From Octopus vulgaris (lineage: Eukaryota), in the NCBI GenBank assembly GCA_951406725.2, contig OX597816.1, positions 38,626,001 to 38,690,000 of the forward strand: a DNA stretch of 64,000 nt. The letters run 5' to 3'. Within the stretch, counting starts at the first letter, position 1. Each line of letters begins with the position of its first letter. Both the position numbers and the translations under genes were made by a program. Of this stretch, positions 55,002-64,000 are shown one piece after another. The notes beneath the pieces were generated by a model. That model saw nothing but the letters and a program-made list of their open reading frames with translations. It had not been told where the DNA came from and did not search any database.

Positions 55002-57690
55002 ACACAAGCTTTACATACATACATACACACACACACACAAAATGACACATAAAGTAGACACCCACACATTACACAAACAATTACCAAACTCCCCAACACA
55101 CACACACACACACATACAATTCACAAACGTACACCAACAGACACTGAAACTAAACATCAAACAGTCATATCTAATACAGTTGGAACCGCTTCAGTTAGGA
55201 GGAAGATGCTGCGAAAGAAAGAAAGAAAAAAAAAGGATGAGGGAAAGAAAAAAGAAAAAAAAGGATGGAAAATGAGAGGGGAAGAAAAAAAAGAAAGAAA
55301 AAAAAAGGAAAAAAAAAACATGCACGTCACAACTTCCTAGTTATGTATCACTTATGTAAAAATCTAAATATTACAGGAATCATCAGGATCGATATTGACA
55401 CGATTATATTTGATTATCATTTTCATCGAACACCCATTTAGTAGGCCTGTCTGTGTGTATACAAGTATGTAAACACAGCACACACACACACAGTCGTTGT
55501 GTGTGTGTGTGTGTGTGTGTGCGTGTGTGTATGTATGTGTGTATATGTGTGTGTGTGATGCAACACACAGCATGGGCAGAAACGAAAAGAGGTTGAAAGT
55601 AGAAGGGCATTGAATGAACGGCTTGTTTTGTAAACACAATTTAGAAAGACACTGAGACGCCAAAATTACGGCGGGGTTCCTGGGATCAGCCGTGTCAGTC
55701 CCCAGTCGAAGCGCCCCTTAATGTGTGTGTGTGTGTGTGTGTGTGTTTAATATTTGTTGGGGTGGACAAGACAGACATGGGCTGTTTTAGCTGGCAGCGA
55801 GCAACCCAGACAGAGGAAAAGAACTATACGAAAGTGATGGTGCATATACAACTGGTGTGTGCGTGCGTGCATGTGAGCGTGCGCGCGCGTGTGTGACTAG
55901 TCGGAGTTGGCTGGTTTGATGGTGGATGGAGGGGAACCTGTGTCTGCACTGGCAACTGGCTAAGGTGAACGTGTGTGTGTGTATGTATGTATGTGTAAAC
56001 AGACATAAATTGACTCTATACTTTTTTAGTTATGAGCGTGTATCGAGCATTAAAATATATTTGAGCCGAAAAAAAAAAAGTATGGACTCTATTACATTGC
56101 ATTTATGATTTGGTCTGCTTATCTCTCTGATATATATATACGACACACATACACGCATGTAGGTATGTATGTATGTATGTATGTTATATATTTAAACTTG
56201 GCTACCTATTAGTATATGCATTACGACATACATAATATGCATATAGGTTAGCTTGCATGTTAAGACTGGTAATAGGCGCGTGTGTTTGTGCGTGTACACG
56301 CACGCACACACACACATAGTTGGCAGAGAATGTATAAAATACTTGAGATAGGCAGAATACGCAACAAAAATTCAACTTAGATCAGTCATAAGCAACACGA
56401 CAGCAGCAGTGATCGCTATGTGTGTACCCTGAGTAAGGATTAACTGATGACAATGAAAGGATGGCCATTTTTATGAGGCCTTCTTTCAGACCATCGCAAT
56501 ACCAGCTGAGAGATATTGTCATCATGGCTGTTTATTTCAGTGGACATAGCGAGCAATGCCATGATGGCTACTCTAATGTACATGCAGGCTGCGGTTACTG
56601 TACATGGAATAAAACGGAACCAAGGCTCTCGGAGTTCTGTGAGACAAATAATAACCTAACCATCTGCAACACTAGCTTCAGGAAACCAACCAATCAGATA
56701 AGAACCATTCAAGCCAAATCGCCTTCATTTTGTCACCGGGAAATGAGATAGACAAATAGTTGTGAAGACTGTCTTTTCCCCCATTGAAGAATGAACCCAA
56801 CACAACAGCAATTTGCGATTAGTGGTATTGGAGTAAGAGACAGACGGACTCGGAGACACACAAGACAATCCGGAAACTCAAAAAATATTTCGGTCAAACG
56901 TAGGTTCAAAGAACTAGGTGAGGCGTAACGAGAAGTCGGAAGAGACAGAATAGTAACACAGAAGGTAATGAATAGCCTCAACCAAAAGACCTTGCAGCGA
57001 GCCGTAAGGCAAGATCAGCAGATGGAGCAACTTCCAACTTTGCATAAAGTGAAATGCAGTGAAAAGTGTGGCAGAGCTACCAAAGCTGAGAGACAAGGAG
57101 GGTGAGGGTGGGACAATGCGAGAAACTAGACGCCGGGTACACTTAGCAAATAGAGAAGCGGACAGTAAAAGGTTTGCCGATGTTCTGCAACGTTAATGTC
57201 AGAGGCGTGGTGTTCCGGATTGCAAATCAGTATGTCAGTGCGAATTAAAACGTTGTTTGGGAGAAAGTGTGTACGAAATTAAAGCGACACACTGCCTTGA
57301 CTGATGCAAAGGGAAGGCTTAGAAATGCATGTTACAAGAAACTGCTGGACAAATGGAACATATGAGAAAGTAGGACTACTCTGAATAAGCTTAAATTGGG
57401 ATCAGTTACTGAATTTAGCTGTTTTATCGTCGAAATAGCCAATAAGGATAAGGGCAGAGAAAGCGGTCGGACCATTAGGGATAGTCGCTGAGGTGCCGTA
57501 AATATCCGGTGAAGTGAGGCATACTGGTCACTCGCATAATCAGTTAAGAAGTACAAGAAGTGGTCATTTCTAATGTCTGATCACCAACTGCTACAAGCAT
57601 ACGGTAGAAACACGGTCAAGCAAGAAGCAGCTACTGGGACATCAAAATGATGAATCCAGTTATAAAAATAACAAAGATTACGAAGAGAAA

Positions 57691-57984
57691 TCTTTATATA
57701 TAAAAGTGAAATTGTGTGTCTGTCTCCTACGATTTAGATTCCTAACTACTCCCACATTTCGTGGTGCAGTTTAACCAAAAGCGGGTATCTTATAGTCGCG
57801 ATTCATATCGAGCCCTTCTGGGTATTAGCACGCGTCTACGATGAGTCTACGATTTAAAAAAAGAATTACCATAATTTTTTCCCATTTTTAATGCATTATT
57901 TTGCTATTATATAAGTAACTCTCTAAAAATGCTTATATAGTTATTTCTCTTACAAACCCGAGCAACGCCGGGCGATACTGCTAG
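57691..57984 (+). mobile_element. Complete short non-autonomous Helitron nested in the RTE LINE
   Basis: a|tctttatatataaaagtg ... cccgagcaacgccgggcgatactg-ctag|t. Confidence 0.92.
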
Positions 57985-58230
57985 TTTAATATAAATGAAA
58001 CGTAGTTCGGATCTGTGTCAGAACCGAGTACCACTAGTGAAACAACTAGTAAAAAGTAAACCACCATACGTAACATTTGTTACCTGGAGGCAGTCTACGA
58101 TAGGGTACCACACCTTGTAGAGGTTTGGCGCTAAGGAAACTTGGCTGTAGTGGAACGGCTTGTGAAGGCCGCGCAAATCATGTACAGAACTACAACCAGT
58201 AAGGTGAGAATTAGCAATGAGTTCAGCGAG

Positions 58231-58348
58231 GAATTTAGCGTACAAGGTATCGGTTCCCAACACCCAACTGTTCCTTAAAATTTTTCTTGGAATTTAGCGT
58301 ACAAGGCCTCGGTTCCCAACACCCAACTGTTCCTTAAAATTTTTCTTG
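58231..58348. repeat. 59-bp tandem duplication inside the RTE RT region
   Basis: gaatttagcgtacaagg..tcggttcccaacacccaactgttccttaaaatttttcttg x2. Confidence 0.9.
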
Positions 58349-59324
58349 AGAACATAACAACGGATATTAAGACCGGTTTTCCATCGCAACTCCTGTACGT
58401 CGATGATCTGGTTCTCAAAGATCAATTTGTTCAAGAATTAGATAAGAAATTCCAAACATTTAGAACCGAGAGTTCTTCAAGTAAATGTAGCCAAGACAAA
58501 AGTTGTAGCAAGTACGAAATAAGACTAACTACAGTGTCAGCAGGGAAATGGTCATATAAGATATGTACAAACGGAGTAAGATGTTTGAATGTGACAATTG
58601 TGAGGGAATCGACATTCCTAGCCCAGTGGAAGATTATCAGCATCTATTTAGGCAATTTATGCACAATATGAGGAAGTATAAAATATAGTGATACAATTTA
58701 ACAGAAAAGAACTTCGAGTGTAGCAGACGTGCAGGAGAAATTAACAGTAAGAACATCATGAAATAATGCTTTTCCAAATACTCAAAAGGCTCCCGTTCCC
58801 AAGAAGCAATGATAGATTCTGTTACCTAGGTGACCAAATTAGCTGTGGTGGAGGGTGTCCCGAAAGAAAAGTTCATGCGGGTTATTACCCCTGCTGACAA
58901 CAAAGAGATTCTCTCACGATGAGGCGCAGATTGTAAAGATGCTTGCATATGAAGGACAATGTTGCATGCCAGCAGCGAACCTTAGAAGACATGGCAAGAA
59001 GTGATGAAGAATAATCTCAGAAGACTGAACCTCGCGAAGATGAAAGAAGATGGTAACAAATAGAGAGATGGTGAACAAGGCCACTGCACCCTATATATGC
59101 ACACACACAAAAAAAGAGTTAAAATACATACATATACCTACCTACCTACATACATACCTAGATACACACACATGCATACATACATGCATACATACATATA
59201 TATACACACACATGCATACATACATACATGCATACATACATACACACATGCATACATACAAAGTAGATTTTCTTTTAGATTTTGATTGAAATTTCCTCGT
59301 GTATGTTATATATATTTCCTCGTG

Positions 59325-59356
<32 letters not shown>

Positions 59357-59520
59357 CGCACGCGCGCACACACATATTTACATACACCCATATATACATG
59401 AGACACACACACACACACATGTGTATGTGGAAGAGAGAGGATGCGTGATATATAGAGGTGAATCAACACAGTCTGAACTTCGTTAATTATCTACGAATGT
59501 GGATAAAATGTAGACATACA

Positions 59521-59555
<35 letters not shown>

Positions 59556-59957
59556 TACGTGTACGCGCGCACATGATGGTGAGGCGAAACATTTGTATTT
59601 ATGTCTATACACGATTCTGAGTCGCCACCGCTATCATTTGGCTGGACCGAGTTGTGACTTAAGTCCGCCAACACCACCACCACCACCACCACCTCTACAA
59701 TAGATTACTAACTGTAGGTGTGATAAACAAGGAACCAGTGGTAAGCTTTAGTACCTGCTACAGGTATTTCGGTGTGAATAACACACACACACACGCACAC
59801 ACAACTAGTAGTTGGTAAAATTTAGTGAGACAGGAATAATGGTACACACCTCAGAATGCATCTGTCTATCTATCTATCCCCCTTTCGTTGCTGTGTATGC
59901 CTGTTAGCCAACGTTTTATCTACCAATCCTATATAACATACCCGCCATACACAAATA

Positions 59958-60023
<66 letters not shown>

Positions 60024-60418
60024 CACATATTCATGCACAGACATTCTATTAGTCTTTAACTTTGACACTGATTCTACGCATTTCACCTCACAATCACCTC
60101 ATACATGTGAGAAAGTATATGCATATATATTTTTAGTGTGTGTGTGTGTGCATGAATATGTGTGTTTATGTACACACACACACACACACATAAATATATA
60201 CGCATATAAACATGTATAAATGTCTATACACATAAGTGTGTGTATGTATATATATATATATATACACACACACACAGATAATCACTAACACATTCATATA
60301 TACACATTTTATTCTAACTTTGTCACTGAATCTACGCATATTCACCCCATATTCTCTCTCACTATTTCACCTGTATGCACGCATGTGTGTGTATGTGTAT
60401 GTATATATATACATACAT

Positions 60419-60497
<79 letters not shown>

Positions 60498-60914
60498 CAT
60501 ACATACATACATACATACATACATACATACATACATACATACATGCACACACAAATTTAATAGCATCTCTCCTTCGAAATCACTCTCTCCCTCTCTCTAT
60601 ATATTTCCATCGCCCACCTCTCTTTCTCACCACCATAAACTCCCTCTTCCTTCACCCTCTTCAGCTACACCCTCCTCCCTCCCTCCCCCTTCTTCCGCTA
60701 TTACATTGACCGGACAATCTGTCCACTGCTACAAAACCCTGCTGCCAATACCTTACCATTTCCATATGCAAATATCGGAAACATGACGTGTATGCATATA
60801 CGTGAGAAAGTGCGTATACAGGTGTGTGTGTGTGTATACGTGCATAAATATATGTCTGGCTGTATTGCCAGCACGTATATGAATTTGCAATGAAGCATTA
60901 GTGCGTGTCTGAAT

Positions 60915-60960
<46 letters not shown>

Positions 60961-61999
60961 TCATGTATCTCTCGAATTACCTTATACACACGGATATATA
61001 CTAACATACAACGAGCGAGTGTGTAGTTCGTGTACATTGCGTGTTAAGGTGCGTACAACCCAGCGCCTACCGCGACCACGACCACCATCAACACCGCCAC
61101 AATCGCCGCCATCACCACCACCACCACCACCTTCAATCGCAGCAGACGGGGTGCAAAGAACATTCAAAATGTCTATTCTACGATCGGTGTGCTCGCGTGA
61201 AAAATACTGTGTGCGTTTGGGTGTGTACTACTGTGTTATAAAATTTGAGAGAGATAAATACATGCATATGTGCGTTTGAAAGCAAGAAGCTATATTAGTG
61301 CGTTTTGGCAGACTGCAGGTGTCCGTCTGGCCCTGGATGGAAGACCAGTAATCGCAAATCTATGTTGTGCGTTTGTGTGTGTGTGTTCGTGCACGAGCAG
61401 ACATATCTATGTGTTTGTGTTTATATGTAGATGCATATTGCTAATGTGCATGTATGGGAGAGGAACAGGACAAGAGTGAAAAGGGGGAAGAGCAGGCGTA
61501 AACAAGAGGGGACTGGTATGAATACAGTGGTAAATTTATGCGTATGTAGACAGACATGCAAAAAAATACATGACTTAAAATAAAGAGACACATACACATC
61601 TTTACTCGCATTCTACTGAACTACAAGGAAGCCTCTAAGTGCTTGCTAGAAACGGCAACTAAATCTCCCTCAAAGTATACTATTGCCCCTAAGAAGCAGG
61701 GACACTGGAAGCAATATAGTCCTAGCTGGAACCTCTTTGAGCAAAGATTTGCTCCATCAGGGTTAATTTAGGGCTCAACATTAAAAACTACCCAGACAAT
61801 AAGAAAAAAAATGGACCAAGTTCAATAAGTTGACTAATTATTCCAGAACCACTAATATGCTAATTATTTAATTAATAATGATTCCTAACTTTAACAAAGA
61901 AAACATATTTGATCGGAAGGATATCAGATGGGAGACTGAGAGGCAGAGTCAATTCTGGCAAGATTTGTACTAAGAACATAAAGGGCCCTAGCTAAAAAT

Positions 62000-62412
62000 C
62001 ATCATCATTTCATCATTGTTTTAACGTCCACTTTTCCATGCTTGCATGGGTCGGATGGAATTTGCTAAGACGGATTTTCTGTGGGAAGATGCCCTTCCCA
62101 TCACCAAATCCCCCACCTGCCTCCAAGTAAAGGTAATATTTTATCCTGACAAAGCAAGTTGTCACGAAAGATTGGAAACGAAGGACCCTACTTGTATGAC
62201 GGTGACACTTGTTTACAACTACCATGCAATGTCAGAGCAAGGGGACAGTAACACACAGATAAGGGTTTCTTTCAGTTTCCCTCAACCAAATCCACTCTAA
62301 AGGCTTTGGTTGGCCCAGGGCTAAAGTTGAAGACACTGCCCAAGGTGCCACGCAAGGGGACTGAACCTGAAACTGTACAGCTGGGAAGCAAACTTCTTAC
62401 CACACAGCCATG
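62000..62412 (-). mobile_element. Apparently full-length SINE: tRNA head, CORE-like domain and RTE-like tail
   Basis: Head catggctgtgtggtaagaagtttgcttccc...ggttcagtccc (minus); tail ggacgttaaaacaatgatga. Confidence 0.8.
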
Positions 62413-63708
62413 ACCGCTCTCCAGTATCAGTCAAGCACTGGGTTTGTTTAATTGATTGTTATTTCCATCATGAAGGGTCTAGTACCTAACAAATCAATAA
62501 TGATAAATTCAAGATGTGAAGGGTTATGGCATATTAAATATAATGCAAACTAAGGAAAATAACTCAATCAGGTCAATGGTATGAATTTGAAGAGATAACA
62601 AAGGATTTTTAAAAATGCCATATGAAAAAAAAAATTTTTTATTTACCTCTTAGTTGGAGAAAGAAAACTAAAACCTAGAAATAATGGTTAGTGAATCTGA
62701 AAGAAGTGGTGATAATTTCAAGAAATAAAGAATTAAAATATCAAAGTAAATTTACATATTTGAAGGTTGGTAACTGATTTTGGGATACAGGTAAGAGGGA
62801 CAACTATGGACCTTTTTGAGTCTACTAAGCCATCATTAGTTGAATATAGTATATTGGTAAGAACATACAAGGCAGTCTACCAATTCTGCTTTCATTTAAT
62901 CAATAATATAATAATGTTTAATAATAATTAGCACAAGACTACTCATTTACAGAGGAAAGGTATAATCAATGAATCATCCCCCTCTCCAATATATAACTGG
63001 TACTTATTTTTTATCAACCTCAGAAAGACAAATCAATGAGGAAACCTCTACATCAATCATGGGCAGTTTATGGCTCACAAGACTTTCTAAATGGCATGCT
63101 TAATGATGAGCTATGTCTTATGCAACATGCTTCTGAAAAAAGCTTGCCCTATTCTTCATGGTCACTCGATCTGCTAGAAATAGCTGCTAAATTTTCTTCA
63201 TATCACACTCTACAGCCTTAAAAAGTGAAGAACAAAATGAATAATGTAGTCCTAGATATACTGTGTTTATAAAACCAGAGGGGTAAGATTACAATTGGAA
63301 TGACTTTGATCATAGGTTTGTTCAGTCAGGGCTAATCTAAAGCTAAACAATAATACTCACAAAAGGCTCAATGAATAAAACTGATTCCAGGAAACCAACC
63401 CTATTGTATGCTTGGTACTAAATTTTTCGAGCCTAAAATGATGAACATTAAAATAAGTAGCAGAATGATTTGAACTCAAAACAGGAATTTAATCCATCAC
63501 ATAAATAATTTCTACAATTCCATGATTCTTTTAATAAACATTTTTCACATTGGCGCAAAGCCACATACTTTGGCAAGAGCTGCAAGTACCTGGCTAATGT
63601 TTAGTTTATCAACTCCTGAGATATGAAAAGTAAAGCCAATCCTAGTGGGATTTGAACTCAAAGAAGACCTGAAGTTGACAAAAAGTAAAGTGCTGTATGT
63701 GCCATATA

Positions 63709-63950
63709 CATCATCATCATCATCATCGTTTAAACGTCCGTTTTCCATGCTAGCATGGGTTGGACGGTTCGACCGGGGTCTGGGAAGCCAGGGGCTGCAC
63801 CAGGCTCCAGTCTGATCTGGCAGAGTTTCTACAGCTGGATGCCCTTCCTAACGCCAACCACTCCGCGAGTGTAGTGGGTGCTTTTAACGTGCCACCTGCA
63901 CAGGTGCCAGAGGGGTCTGGCATCGGCCACGATCGGTTGGAGCTTTTAAC
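63709..63950 (-). mobile_element. Young RTE-tailed SINE
   Basis: Near-identical to 1231-1421, with CpGs retained; (CAT)n at the left end. Confidence 0.88.
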
Positions 63951-64000
63951 ATAAATAAATATAGTAAACAATTTTGCTTGTACCCAATACAATCTATCTC

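Larger units (their letters stand above)
56490..59060 (+). mobile_element. Decayed RTE-clade LINE (APE endonuclease plus RT)
   Basis: IVIMAVYFSGH...VHAGCGYCTWN...RLSEFCETNNNLTICNTSFRK (APE); SKVRISNEFSEEFSVQ; LLYVDDLVL (58390-58416); DRFCYLGDQISCGGGC. Confidence 0.88.

Noticed and set aside
60056-60347. Two copies of taactttg.cactga.tctacgcat.ttcacc
   Set aside because: Short diverged local duplication within microsatellite-rich DNA; no further structure
63750-63992. Similar short ORFs at 2765, 4165 and 63760 (GSTGVWEAR...)
   Set aside because: They are translations of the same SINE, not a gene family

Overview
AT-rich, microsatellite-dense eukaryotic (animal) DNA with no intact, identifiable protein-coding gene. 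The repeat repertoire looks cephalopod/Octopus-like, an inference from recognising repeats rather than from a search. Most of the window is transposon debris: decayed Tc1, mariner, piggyBac, hAT, CR1-like, RTE and Penelope-like (GIY-YIG) coding remnants, Helitrons, piggyBac MITEs and many tRNA-derived or RTE-tailed SINEs. The most notable signal is a set of short palindromic inserts, mostly sitting in (TA)n tracts. One (37106-37318, flanked by a 12-bp direct repeat) holds a complete minimal hammerhead ribozyme on the minus strand, and others hold degenerate or half hammerhead motifs. A decayed Penelope-like endonuclease ORF lies a few hundred bp from it. There is also a composite Helitron carrying a piggyBac end, and a CpG-retaining domain (~43-61.7 kb) with a candidate minus-strand first exon, which suggests that much of the window is intron of a large gene.
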